Shown: piece after piece, positions 1 through 8,980 of the stretch | Numbering within the stretch: position 1 is the stretch's first letter | Layout of the letters: each line of letters begins with the position of its first letter | NCBI GenBank assembly: GCA_035285125.1 | Contig: JAYKHR010000161.1 | Location: 1 to 46,464 of the forward strand | Source of the DNA: Candidatus Sericytochromatia bacterium | Lineage (GTDB): Bacteria; Cyanobacteriota; Sericytochromatia; S15B-MN24; JAQBPE01 | Direction: 5' to 3' | DNA length: 46,464 nt | Notes under the pieces: generated by a model | The model's database searches: none | The model's input: the letters and a program-made list of their open reading frames with translations, nothing else | Told to the model about the DNA's origin: nothing | Made by a program: the position numbers and the translations under genes

Positions 1-2
1 TG

Positions 3-2237
3 ACGGGTGACGTCGCCAGAATCATCGTGGACACCCACACCGGCTATCACAAGGCGCGCGAGATCCTGCAGGGCTGGATGCCCGAGGTCGCGGACCAAGT
101 CGTTTTGCACGAGGGAGCGCAATCCATTATGGAGAAGTACAAGATCGGCGAGGAACTCGACGCCGCCATTTCGCCCAAGGTGTGGCTGCCCAGCGGCGGC
201 TACCTGGTGCTGGAGCACACGGAGGCCCTGACGGTGGTCGACGTGAACTCGGGGCGCCTCACGCAGAGCAAGTCGCTCGCCGAGACGGTGCTGCGCACCA
301 ACGTCGAGGCGGCGGCCGAAATCGCCCGCCAGCTGCGGCTGCGCGACATCGGCGGCATCATCGTCATCGACTTCATCTCGATGGACGACCAGAAGGACCG
401 TCAGAAGGTCTACCAGGCCTTTGTCGAGGCCCTGAAGCAGGACAAGAGCCGGCCTCAGGTCACCAACTTCTCGGAGCACGGGCTGATCGAGGTCAGCCGC
501 CGCCGGCAGGGTCAGAACCTGCTCGAGCAACTCACGCTGCCGTGCGACGTCTGCAACGGGACGGGCCGGAAGAAGGCCAGCCACCTGCTGTCTGAGACCC
601 CTGGGCACCTGGCCTTCCGCCAGGGGCGTATGGAAGAAGAGGCTGCCGAGATTGCCGACGACATGGAAGGCGACGAGGAAGATCTCGTGCTCGACGTCGG
701 CGAGGCCGGTGGTGGCAACGCCGACGCTGGAGAGATCGGGGAGGACGGTCAGCGCCGTCGCCGCCGTCGTCGCCGCCGTCGTGGCGGCCGCGGTCGAGGA
801 GAAGGTGAGGTCGGCCCCATCTTCACGGCGCCTGGCGATGAACTGGTTGTCGAAGAGGAAGGCTTCGAAGTGGAGCGCGTTTCGGTGGTGCAGGCCCCGC
901 GTGGTGGCCGCGAAGTCCGCGAGGCCCGGCCTGCCCGCGACGAGCGTTCGGCTCGCGAGGAGCGGCGTCCTGCCCGCGACGAGCGTCCGGCCCGCGAGGA
1001 CCGGCGCCCAGCTCGCGACGAGCGTCCGGCCCGTGAGGACCGGCGCCCCGCGCGGGAGGCTGCGCCGGTCGCCTTTGAGGAAGACGGCTTGGGGCTGGTC
1101 GAGGAGGTCGATCTCTTCGGCGAGGGTGAGCCCCGCAGCGCTGGCCGCGACGAGCGTCGGGGTGAGCGGGAGCGGGGTGGCCGCGACCGTGGCCGCGGCG
1201 GCCGGGATGGCGGCCGGGAGCGGTTCGGTGGTCGGGACGGCGGCCGGGAACGCTTTGGCGATCGCGGTGGCCGCGATCGCGACCGGTTCGGCGATCGCGG
1301 TGAGCGCGGTGGCTTCGAGCGGCCTGCCGCGCCTGCGGCGGAGTCTGCTGGGCCCCTGCAGGTGACCGCCCCGGCGCCCCGCGTGCGGCGCGTCGAGCGG
1401 CTCACTGCGCCTGGCGAGGTGGCTGCGGCAGCCCCCCTTGCAGCCCCTGCGGCTACCCCCCGGCAGGCGGCTCCGGCCGCTGCTCGGCCCGCGGCCCCAG
1501 CGGCAGCACCCGTGGCGGCTCCGGCTGCCAAGGTTGTGACGCCCGCGCCACGTGTCGAGGTGCCGCGGGCGCCTGCCAGGCCCCTGCCTGTGCCCGAGGA
1601 GGTTGCAGAGACGACGGTGTCCGGCGTGTTCGTGTTGAAGAAGAAGGCCGCGACGCGGCCCAGCCTCGACGACCTGCTCGGCGGCGGTGCCGAAGAAGCG
1701 CCTGCGAAGCCGGCCCGCAAGGCGGCTGCGCCCAAGGCTGAGGCGGCGGTCGAGGCGCCTGCCAAGGCCCGTACCACCACCCGGAAGGCCGTGGAGGTGG
1801 CGGTCGAGGAGCCCGTGGCCCCCAAGAAGGCCACTCGCAAGGCAGCCGAGGCCCCTGCGGCCGAGAAGCCTGCAGCGAAAGCCAAGGCGGCTGCGGTCGA
1901 GAAGCCCGCGGCGAAGGCCAAGGCGGCTGCGGTCGAGAAGCCCGCGGCGAAGGCCAAGGCGGCTGCGGTCGAGAAGCCCGCGGCGCAGGCCAAGGCGGCT
2001 CCGGCCGGGAAGCCTGCGGCGAAGGCCAAGGCGGCTCCTGCCGAGAAGCCTGCGGCGAAGGCCAAGGCGGCTGCGGTCGAGAAGCCCGTGGCGAAGGCCA
2101 AGGCTCCTGCGGCCGAGAAGCCCGCGGCGAAGGCCAAGGCGGCTGCGGCCGAGAAACCCGCGGCGAAGGCGTCTGCGGCCGAAAAGCCTGCGAAGGCCCT
2201 GGCCGCCCGCAAGACCCCTGCCAAGGCCTTGACCTAG
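3..2237 (+). CDS. rne: Ribonuclease E/G family (Rne/Rng), 5' end outside window, long disordered C-terminal tail
   Basis: Catalytic-domain motifs LPSGGYLVLEHTEALTVVDVNSG, TNVEAAAEIARQLRLRDIGGIIVIDFI and Zn-link CDVCNGTG; frame open from the window start; acidic, Arg-rich, RGG and Ala/Lys/Pro tail. Confidence 0.95.
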   Translation, partial: TGDVARIIVDTHTGYHKAREILQGWMPEVADQVVLHEGAQSIMEKYKIGEELDAAISPKVWLPSGGYLVLEHTEALTVVDVNSGRLTQSKSLAETVLRTNVEAAAEIARQLRLRDIGGIIVIDFISMDDQKDRQKVYQAFVEALKQDKSRPQVTNFSEHGLIEVSRRRQGQNLLEQLTLPCDVCNGTGRKKASHLLSETPGHLAFRQGRMEEEAAEIADDMEGDEEDLVLDVGEAGGGNADAGEIGEDGQRRRRRRRRRRGGRGRGEGEVGPIFTAPGDELVVEEEGFEVERVSVVQAPRGGREVREARPARDERSAREERRPARDERPAREDRRPARDERPAREDRRPAREAAPVAFEEDGLGLVEEVDLFGEGEPRSAGRDERRGERERGGRDRGRGGRDGGRERFGGRDGGRERFGDRGGRDRDRFGDRGERGGFERPAAPAAESAGPLQVTAPAPRVRRVERLTAPGEVAAAAPLAAPAATPRQAAPAAARPAAPAAAPVAAPAAKVVTPAPRVEVPRAPARPLPVPEEVAETTVSGVFVLKKKAATRPSLDDLLGGGAEEAPAKPARKAAAPKAEAAVEAPAKARTTTRKAVEVAVEEPVAPKKATRKAAEAPAAEKPAAKAKAAAVEKPAAKAKAAAVEKPAAKAKAAAVEKPAAQAKAAPAGKPAAKAKAAPAEKPAAKAKAAAVEKPVAKAKAPAAEKPAAKAKAAAAEKPAAKASAAEKPAKALAARKTPAKALT
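927..1058 (+). repeat. 39-bp coding tandem repeat (RPARDERPAREDR, about 3.4 copies) in the RNase E tail
   Basis: Units start at 927, 966, 1005, 1044. Confidence 0.85.
1863..2186 (+). repeat. 36-bp coding tandem repeat (EKPAAKAKAAAV, about 9 copies), histone-H1/AlgP-like
   Basis: GAGAAGCC-type unit starts every 36 nt from 1863 to 2151. Confidence 0.92.
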
Positions 2238-2286
2238 TGCCCCTCGTGTGTCCGGGCCCCGGCCCGGGCACACGCTCAACTCCTTG

Positions 2287-3252
2287 ATGATGAACCCAGA
2301 CGCCCTCTCCGCGCCCGTTCCGGAACCGGAGGAGGGCGATCTTTTTTTGGTCGGTCCGGCCGAGGCCGGCCAGCGGCTCGACCAGTTCTGCCAGGCACAG
2401 GCGGGGGCCGTCTCCCGGGCCCGGGTCCAGGCCTGGATCGAAGAGGGCGCCGTGCGGCTCAACGGTCGGGCCACCAAGGCCGCTGCCAGACTCAAGCTCA
2501 ACGACAGGGTGCTGGTCCTCGCGCCGCCTGCCCCCGAGATGCTCGACGTGGAGCCTGAGCCCATCCCCTTGGACGTCGTCTTCGAGGATGCGGAGCTGCT
2601 CGTGGTGAACAAGCCCGTCGGGATGGTCGTCCACCCCGCCCCCGGCCACGCGCGCGGCACCCTCGTCAACGCGCTGTTGCACCACTGCCGAGGTTCGCTG
2701 TCCGGCATTGGGGGCGTCGCCCGGCCCGGCATTGTCCACCGGCTCGACAAGGACACCTCGGGCCTGATGGTCGTGGCGAAGTCGGACAGGGCCCACCAGG
2801 AGTTGGCCCGGCAAATTGCCGCCAAGGAGGCCCGCCGGCGGTACTGGGCCGTGGTGGGAGGCCACCTGCCCGAGGCCACCGGGCGCGTCGACGCGCCGAT
2901 CGCGCGCCACCCCACGGCGCGGCAAAAGATGGCTGTCGTGCCGGGCGGGCGGCCTGCCGCCACCCGCTGGACGGTGCTACAGGCGTTCAAGGGCTACGAC
3001 TGGGTGCTGTGTGAGCTCGAGACCGGCCGTACGCACCAGATCCGCGTGCACATGGCGCACCTGGGCCACCCGGTGGTGGGCGACCCCGTGTACGGGGGCG
3101 ACCGCTCCCTGCCCGTCAAGCTAGCAGGTCAGGCTCTTCACGCCCGGGAGTTGGTCTTCCGCCACCCGGTGACGGGGGAGGTGCTGGCCTTCGAGGCCGC
3201 GCCGCCGCCTCAGATCGAGCGGTTGCTCGCTTGGCTCCGCACCCAGGGATGA
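2287..3252 (+). CDS. rluD: RluA/RluD family pseudouridine synthase
   Basis: N-terminal S4-like domain, NKPVGMVVHPAPG, HRLDKDTSG, TGRTHQIRVH, GHPVVGDPVYG; start ATG 2287 or 2290. Confidence 0.93.
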   Translation: MMNPDALSAPVPEPEEGDLFLVGPAEAGQRLDQFCQAQAGAVSRARVQAWIEEGAVRLNGRATKAAARLKLNDRVLVLAPPAPEMLDVEPEPIPLDVVFEDAELLVVNKPVGMVVHPAPGHARGTLVNALLHHCRGSLSGIGGVARPGIVHRLDKDTSGLMVVAKSDRAHQELARQIAAKEARRRYWAVVGGHLPEATGRVDAPIARHPTARQKMAVVPGGRPAATRWTVLQAFKGYDWVLCELETGRTHQIRVHMAHLGHPVVGDPVYGGDRSLPVKLAGQALHARELVFRHPVTGEVLAFEAAPPPQIERLLAWLRTQG

Positions 3253-3289
3253 GGCGGGGGAACCTGCGTCAGCCACTCGCAACGGGGCT

Positions 3290-3511
3290 TCAGTGGCAGC
3301 TGCATCCTCCGCCACACCCGCCACTGCGTGGGGCCGGCGTGGACGGAGCCGGCCCCGCCGCGGCCCGGCTGCCGACCGTCGCGAAGCTGCTCATCAGGCG
3401 CTGTAGCTGGGTCCCCTGGCAGCGGGGGCAGACGGCCTGCTCGCTCGAGGTCGCGAGGAACACCTCGAACGACTGGTGGCAAGGCTCGCACCGGTACTCG
3501 TAGATCGGCAT
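3290..3511 (-). CDS. FmdB family zinc-ribbon protein
   Basis: MPIYEYRCxxC...CPRC, Cys/Gly tail GGCGGGCSCH, AGGAGG RBS. Confidence 0.9.
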   Translation of the reverse strand: MPIYEYRCEPCHQSFEVFLATSSEQAVCPRCQGTQLQRLMSSFATVGSRAAAGPAPSTPAPRSGGCGGGCSCH

Positions 3512-3616
3512 GGGGAGGCCTCCTGGAGAGTGGTCGGGAGCGTGCGCGGCAACCGGCTATAGGCCCGAGGTTTCTACGTGAACCTTGGGGGAGCGTCGCC
3601 ATTGCCGCCGGCTTCG

Positions 3617-3625
3617 ATCATAGCA
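3617..3625 (-). promoter_or_regulatory. Extended -10 promoter (TGC TATGAT) for the FmdB-family gene
   Basis: Consensus match about 100 nt upstream of the ATG. Confidence 0.5.
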
Positions 3626-3824
3626 TGTGCCCGGCGTCGCAGGCTCGCCTTCCGGCTCGTCCGCGGCAGTCATGAAGCGAGCGGTTCGGTCTTCTCGACT
3701 GCCTGGCGGTGCAGGCGCACCAACGGCCAGGCTGCGCCTGACAAGGTTTGGCCGAGGGGCGCTGGGGTTGGCCTTCGGCCCGGGCTGCAGCCCGCCAGGG
3801 CTGACCGGCAAGGGCCTCGCGCAT

Positions 3825-3854
3825 TGGACAGCCGCTCTGCGCCCCTGCTACGAT
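3825..3854 (+). promoter_or_regulatory. sigma70-type promoter for gcvPB
   Basis: TGGACA-18-TACGAT with TG extension; GGAGG RBS before ATG 3904. Confidence 0.55.
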
Positions 3855-3903
3855 ACGGCCGCGGGGCGGCTTGCAGGCGTCCCGCACCGCCGGAGGTTTC
3901 ACG

Positions 3904-5412
3904 ATGCCGACTGAGGCGTCCCTGTTCGAGAAGAGCCACCCGGATCGCGTGGGCCTGCGGGTCCCCCCCGCAGGCGTGGCTGGCACGGGCTGGCGTTCTG
4001 GGCTACCTGCCGGAACGCTGCGCGCGGAGCCGCCGGCCCTCCCCGCGCTGAGCGAGCCGGAGGTCGTGAGGCACTTCACGCGGATCTCGCGGAAGAACTA
4101 TGCCATCGACAGCGGCTTCTACCCGCTGGGCTCGTGCACGATGAAGTACAACCCCAAGGTCAACGAACTGCTCGCGCGCCTGCCAGGCTTCGCGAACCTG
4201 CACCCCTACCAGCCGCTCTCGACGGTGCAGGGGGCGCTCGCCGTGATGGCCGAGCTCGAGGAGCGCCTGGTCGCGCTGACGGGCATGGCGCGCGTGACCC
4301 TGCAACCCGCTGCTGGCGCCCACGGCGAGTTGACGGGCATCCTCATCATCAAGGCTTACCACGAGGACCGCGAGGACCGGGACCGCACGGAGATCATCGT
4401 GCCCGACTCGGCCCACGGCACCAATCCCGCCACGGCTGCGCTGGCGGGCTACACCGTCGTGACCGTCCCCTCCGACGCGCGCGGCCAGGTCGACATGGCC
4501 GCGTTGCGCGCCGTCGTGGGCCCGCGCACGGCCGGCATGATGCTCACGAACCCCAACACGGCGGGGCTATTCGAGGAAGACATCCAGGCCATCACTGCCC
4601 TCGTGCACGAGGCCGGCGGGTTGATGTACTACGACGGGGCAAATTTCAACGCCATCATGGGCCTGGTGCGGCCTGGCGACATGGGCTTCGACGTGGTGCA
4701 CCTCAACCTCCATAAGACCATGACCACGCCGCACGGCGGCGGGGGCCCAGGCTCCGGCCCCGTCGGCGTGTCTGCCCGGCTGGAGCCTTACCTGCCTACC
4801 CCGCTGGTCGTGCGCCAGGCGGATTGTCTTGGCCTTGAGTACGACCGCCCGAAGTCTATCGGGCGCGTCAAGGCCTTCTACGGCAACTTCGGCATGCATG
4901 TCCGGGCCCTGGCCTACATCCTGTCGATGGGCGGCGATGGCCTGCGGCAGGCCAGCGAGGACGCGGTCCTGAACGCGAACTACCTGCGCGTTCGGCTCTC
5001 CGACAAGTTCAAGGTGGCTTACGACCAGGTTTGCATGCATGAGTTCGTGCTCTCAGGGGAGCCTCAGAAGAAGGCCGGGGCCAACACCCTGGCGATGGCG
5101 AAGCGCCTGATCGACTACGGCTACCACCCGATGACGATTTACTTCCCGCTCATCGTGCCTGAGGCCATGATGATCGAGCCAACGGAGACGGAGAGCCGCG
5201 CCACGTTGGATGCCTTCGTGACAGCCATGGCCGCGATTGCGGACGAGGTTGCCACCGACCCGGGGTTGGTCACCTCCGCTCCCCAGACGGCCCCCGTGGG
5301 GCGGGTGGACGAGGCGCTGGCCGCCAGGAAGCCCGATTTCCGTTGGAGCTCGGCCGGTGAGGGCCAGATCGAGCCTGCTGCCGCGGCGGCCCGCCCGGCC
5401 GGCTGCGCCTGA
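3904..5412 (+). CDS. gcvPB: Glycine dehydrogenase (decarboxylating) subunit 2
   Basis: FYPLGSCTMKYNPK, QPAAGAHGE, SAHGTNPATA, PLP-lysine HLNLHKT, PHGGGGPGSGP, MIEPTETES. Confidence 0.95.
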   Translation: MPTEASLFEKSHPDRVGLRVPPAGVAGTGWRSGLPAGTLRAEPPALPALSEPEVVRHFTRISRKNYAIDSGFYPLGSCTMKYNPKVNELLARLPGFANLHPYQPLSTVQGALAVMAELEERLVALTGMARVTLQPAAGAHGELTGILIIKAYHEDREDRDRTEIIVPDSAHGTNPATAALAGYTVVTVPSDARGQVDMAALRAVVGPRTAGMMLTNPNTAGLFEEDIQAITALVHEAGGLMYYDGANFNAIMGLVRPGDMGFDVVHLNLHKTMTTPHGGGGPGSGPVGVSARLEPYLPTPLVVRQADCLGLEYDRPKSIGRVKAFYGNFGMHVRALAYILSMGGDGLRQASEDAVLNANYLRVRLSDKFKVAYDQVCMHEFVLSGEPQKKAGANTLAMAKRLIDYGYHPMTIYFPLIVPEAMMIEPTETESRATLDAFVTAMAAIADEVATDPGLVTSAPQTAPVGRVDEALAARKPDFRWSSAGEGQIEPAAAAARPAGCA

Positions 5413-5421
5413 GCCGCCTCC

Positions 5422-6117
5422 GTGCCCCCCGAGACGCCCCACACCCTGACCGTCACCCGACGCTGGCCCGCGGCCGATGGGCACGTAGGCCTGGTGCTTC
5501 GTCCCGATGACCCAGCCTACATGGCGGCGCACCGGGTGCCCGGGCAGTACGTCGTGCTGCGTGCCGAGCCCGATGCGCCGCCTGTCTTCCTCGCGCTGGC
5601 GGCTGCGCCCGGCGCCTCTGAGGCTGAGTTGCTGATTCGCACGGGATCGGGCGGGGCGGCTGACGTCCTCGCCGCCCTCCAGCCGGGGGCTCGGGTGCTG
5701 GGCGCCGAGCCGGCTGGTCCAGGCTTCCCCGTGGAGGGCCTTGCGGGGCGGGATGTCGTCCTTGCCGCTGCGGGCTCCGGCATCGCGCCCATCCGGGCCG
5801 TGATCCAGCACCTGATGACGGACCGCGCGCCGTACAGGCGCGTCGTGCTCTTCTGGGGCGTGCTGAGCGAGGCTCACGTGCCCTATGCGGACGAGTTGGC
5901 GGCCTGGCGGGCCGCGGGCATCGATGTCCATGTCGTGATTGGCCAGGCGCCCGCAGGGGAGCCCGGCCATAGGGTCCAGGACGTCCTTGCAGGGGCGTCC
6001 CTGGACCCGGACGTCACGTCGGCGCTGCTGTGTGGCATGCGCCCGATGGTGGAGGCCGTGAGAGAGGTGCTCCTCGGCCGTGGGATCTCTCTGTCGAACA
6101 TTCACCTGAACCACTAG
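5422..6117 (+). CDS. Ferredoxin-NADP reductase-like FAD/NAD(P)-binding oxidoreductase
   Basis: PGQY, AAGSGIAPIRA, LLCGMRPM motifs; GTG start 10 nt after the gcvPB stop. Confidence 0.8.
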   Translation: MPPETPHTLTVTRRWPAADGHVGLVLRPDDPAYMAAHRVPGQYVVLRAEPDAPPVFLALAAAPGASEAELLIRTGSGGAADVLAALQPGARVLGAEPAGPGFPVEGLAGRDVVLAAAGSGIAPIRAVIQHLMTDRAPYRRVVLFWGVLSEAHVPYADELAAWRAAGIDVHVVIGQAPAGEPGHRVQDVLAGASLDPDVTSALLCGMRPMVEAVREVLLGRGISLSNIHLNH

Positions 6118-6130
6118 AGGAGCAGCTCCC

Positions 6131-6682
6131 ATGCGCATCTACACCAAAACCGGCGATCGCGGCGAGACCTCGCTGTACAGGGGGGGGCGGGTCTCCAAAG
6201 ACCACCTCCGGCTGGCAGCCTACGGCACGCTCGACGAGCTCAACGCCCTGCTCGGGCAGGCCCTGACCCTCGTGCCTGCCGATGCCGAGGCCTTGCGGGG
6301 GCAGGCCGAGCTGCTTCGACGCATCCAGCGCGACCTGTTCTGCCTGGGCGCTCAGCTCGCCACGCTGGGGGATGAGCCGCCTGCGTGGGTCATCGCGGAG
6401 GCGGACGTCACCCGGCTGGAGCAGGCCATCGACGCCATGGACGCCGAGCTGCCACCGATGACGACTTTCGTCTTGCCCGGTGGCCACCCCTTCGGCGCGG
6501 CGCTCCATGTGGCGCGCACCGTCACCCGCCGCGCCGAACGCCACATCGTGGCTGTGGCCCGGGAGTCCGCCTTGGATCCGCTGGTGGAGGTTTACACCAA
6601 CCGCTTGTCCGACTACCTGTTCGTCGCGGCGCGGCACGCCAACCACGTTTTGGGCACCCCCGAGCCCGCCCTCGTTATCTGA
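6131..6682 (+). CDS. PduO-type ATP:cob(I)alamin adenosyltransferase
   Basis: IYTKTGDRGET, YGTLDELNA, FVLPGG, ARTVTRRAER, NRLSDYLF; GAGGAG RBS. Confidence 0.93.
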   Translation: MRIYTKTGDRGETSLYRGGRVSKDHLRLAAYGTLDELNALLGQALTLVPADAEALRGQAELLRRIQRDLFCLGAQLATLGDEPPAWVIAEADVTRLEQAIDAMDAELPPMTTFVLPGGHPFGAALHVARTVTRRAERHIVAVARESALDPLVEVYTNRLSDYLFVAARHANHVLGTPEPALVI

Positions 6683-7316
6683 CGGGGCGGGACGGGGCCT
6701 CCGAGGAGCGCCCCCGCTGCGGCTTGTAGTCGCGGAAGAACAGGATCTTGGCGCTGGCTGGCGGGGGCGGTTGGACCCGCTGGTTCAGCCACCCGAGCGC
6801 GGCTCCGTACACCAGGTGCCAGGCCAGCCCTACGGCGCTGGAGGCTGGCGTGGCCCCGAGTTCCCACACCACGGCCCCCTGGGCTGCCCCGAAGGCCAGG
6901 CCCCAAAGCCAGTGGGCCCGACCGGCCACCGTCGCGAAGGCCATGCCCGCAAGCGCCCCACCGAGGAGTGCGTCCGGGCCTGTGGCGCCCAGGTCGTGCC
7001 AGGGGTGGGCGCCGAGGGCCCGGGCCATGGCCGAGGCGACGGCTGCCCCCCCGACCCCGCAGGCGCCCCCCACCAGCAGGCGCACGGCCAGGTGGCGCTG
7101 GTGCCACAGGGCCACGCAGGCCCCCACGAGCAGGAGCGCCAGCGCCGCGCCGACGACCCTGGCGGGCAGCCCGCAGCCCCACGGCCCCGCGAGGCTGTTA
7201 CTCGACGCCGTGGCCGCGGCGGCGGCCAGCGCCAGCATCAGCGCCCGGGTGCGGGGGCAGCGCCACAGCAGCCCGCGTCCCACGGGCAGCCCCGGCCAGG
7301 GGTGGACATCCCGCAT
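6675..7316 (-). CDS. Hypothetical multi-pass membrane protein (start uncertain)
   Basis: Several hydrophobic Ala/Leu/Gly segments, HLVYGAALG; fills the gap between convergent and divergent genes; GGAGGG upstream of ATG 7316. Confidence 0.5.
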   Translation of the reverse strand: MRDVHPWPGLPVGRGLLWRCPRTRALMLALAAAAATASSNSLAGPWGCGLPARVVGAALALLLVGACVALWHQRHLAVRLLVGGACGVGGAAVASAMARALGAHPWHDLGATGPDALLGGALAGMAFATVAGRAHWLWGLAFGAAQGAVVWELGATPASSAVGLAWHLVYGAALGWLNQRVQPPPPASAKILFFRDYKPQRGRSSEAPSRPVR

Positions 7317-7500
7317 GCCTTGCCCTCCGCGCGCCGCTCCAGTTCCGTTATAGCCGCGGGGAGCAGGGCGGGTAAACGGGGGGCAGGTCGGTCCGGCCGG
7401 GCCGGGCCAGGGGCGTGGAGCCGCCGGCTGGGAACCGGGCCATCCGGCCCCAGGTCTGGGCGGGTATAACAGGGGCGGAACGCGAACGCGGAACGCTGCG

Positions 7501-8295
7501 ATGGCTGGAAGAAACCTGTTGCGCCAGGTCATGGGCTTGTTCGGGGTGGGGGCGGAGCCCCCACCGCCGCCGGTAGAGCGTCGCCGCCCCGTGATGCCCG
7601 TCAGCAGTTTCGTGCCGCCCCCTCCTCGCAACGCGGACCCCGACGCGATGAACCCTGCCACGATCACCCACGTCGGGCGGGTGCCCGATGGCCGCGAGCT
7701 CGTGCGCACGCTGGGGCTCGGGTCTTACCTGGTCGACCGCGAGGTGCCGACGATCTGCTACTTCATCCAGGGCAATGTGGCGGAGATCCCCACCGTGGAG
7801 CTGCGGCACCTCTTTGGCTGCCTGATGGAGAAACGCCAGTTCGGGGACCACGCCACCAGCTACGTGGACCTGCTCAACGTGGCCTCGTACGAGCTGCAGG
7901 CCCGCTCCGGTCGCCTCAAGCGCCAGAGCGTGGGGCCCAGGCCGGGCGCTGCCCAGCCGCTGCCGCGCCAGCAGATGGTCCGGGCGGCCCATGCGCCCTG
8001 GCCCGACATGGAGAACCCGGCCACGATCACGCGCGTGGGGCGCTCCGCGGGGGGGGCCGAGCTCGTGATGACGCTTGGCCTTGGCACATTCGTGGTTTAC
8101 CGCGAGCCGCCGGCCCTGCGCTATTTCGATCGCGGCCGGGAGTGGGAAGTGCCCCTCGGCGAGATCCAGGTCCTCATCGAGGCGCTGCTGGCGAAGCAGG
8201 ACACGGCGGAGCACCAGGCCAGCTACGTCGACCTGCTCAACGTAGCCACGGCCGTGCGACAAAGCCCGCCCCAGCCCCGGCCACGCCGGCGCTGA
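7501..8295 (+). CDS. Hypothetical protein with two tandem ~80-aa homologous domains
   Basis: NPATITxVGR..G.ELV.TLGLG...SYVDLLNVA occurs twice; GC3-rich codon use. Confidence 0.8.
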   Translation: MAGRNLLRQVMGLFGVGAEPPPPPVERRRPVMPVSSFVPPPPRNADPDAMNPATITHVGRVPDGRELVRTLGLGSYLVDREVPTICYFIQGNVAEIPTVELRHLFGCLMEKRQFGDHATSYVDLLNVASYELQARSGRLKRQSVGPRPGAAQPLPRQQMVRAAHAPWPDMENPATITRVGRSAGGAELVMTLGLGTFVVYREPPALRYFDRGREWEVPLGEIQVLIEALLAKQDTAEHQASYVDLLNVATAVRQSPPQPRPRRR

Positions 8296-8401
8296 CGAGT
8301 CGGGGTCCTCGGCTGGCCTGTGACGGTGGCCGCTGACGCAGCCACGGGGTATGGCTATCCTGGGGAACCCCCTTTTGCGAGCAGGCACCAAGAGGCATCC
8401 C

Positions 8402-8965
8402 GTGACCCAGCAGACCCGCTTGGCGCCCCAGGCTCAGGCCGCGGCATTCGCCCTCGTGGAGGCCTTCCGGCGCGCTGACGGCTGGCCCCTGGCGCCCGGC
8501 TCCTTGCTCCAGCTGCACCTCGTCGGCGAGGTCGACGCGACGGCCCGCGGGCTGGCGGCCCCCGACGCCCCGGGTGTGGCGCTGGAACTCGAACTGGGCG
8601 CGGGCACGGCTCGCTCCCGTCGGGAGGCGTGGGTCACGGGCGGCCACGCTCACGGCGCCCCGGTGGTGTCGTGCTGGTTCGAGCGGGCGCGGCCCGCGCT
8701 GTCGCTGCGCTTCGAGGGCCGCACCTTCGCCCCGGATGATGCGGGCGGCTGGACGCTTTCCGAGCGCCCCCTGTTTCCCAGCTCCGATCCCCTCCACAGC
8801 CAGCGCGAGGCGGCGTGCCAGCGGCTCGCCGGGGCCTGGGGCGTGCCCAGCGCGGCCGGGCGCTTCACCGTGGGCCGATGGTGCACGGCTGAGCGGGCCT
8901 GGGAGGACGAGGCGCCGCGCCGGATGCTCGCCATCGCGTGGCTGCTCACCGCCGTGCGGGCTTGA
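8402..8965 (+). CDS. Hypothetical protein
   Basis: GTG after AAGAGG; directly upstream of the hydrolase-fold gene; no recognised motif. Confidence 0.5.
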   Translation: MTQQTRLAPQAQAAAFALVEAFRRADGWPLAPGSLLQLHLVGEVDATARGLAAPDAPGVALELELGAGTARSRREAWVTGGHAHGAPVVSCWFERARPALSLRFEGRTFAPDDAGGWTLSERPLFPSSDPLHSQREAACQRLAGAWGVPSAAGRFTVGRWCTAERAWEDEAPRRMLAIAWLLTAVRA

Positions 8966-8980
8966 GGCGGCGGGGGCACC

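Noticed and set aside
1863..2186. 36-bp periodic repeat as a CRISPR array
   Set aside because: No unique spacers; in-frame coding repeat within rne; no cas genes.
749..2224. 491-aa antisense ORF and other long shadow ORFs (8938-11559, 18165-20066, 39023-41227, 43245-45326)
   Set aside because: Opposite-strand or alternative-frame shadows of clear genes, expected in very GC-rich DNA; no motifs.
3556..3592. Purine riboswitch suggested by GTTTCTAC
   Set aside because: The P2/P3 loops and spacing of the purine aptamer are absent.
3512..3903. Glycine riboswitch upstream of gcvPB
   Set aside because: No GGAGA...CCGAAG...CTCAGG aptamer pattern; the predicted promoter leaves only a ~45-nt leader.
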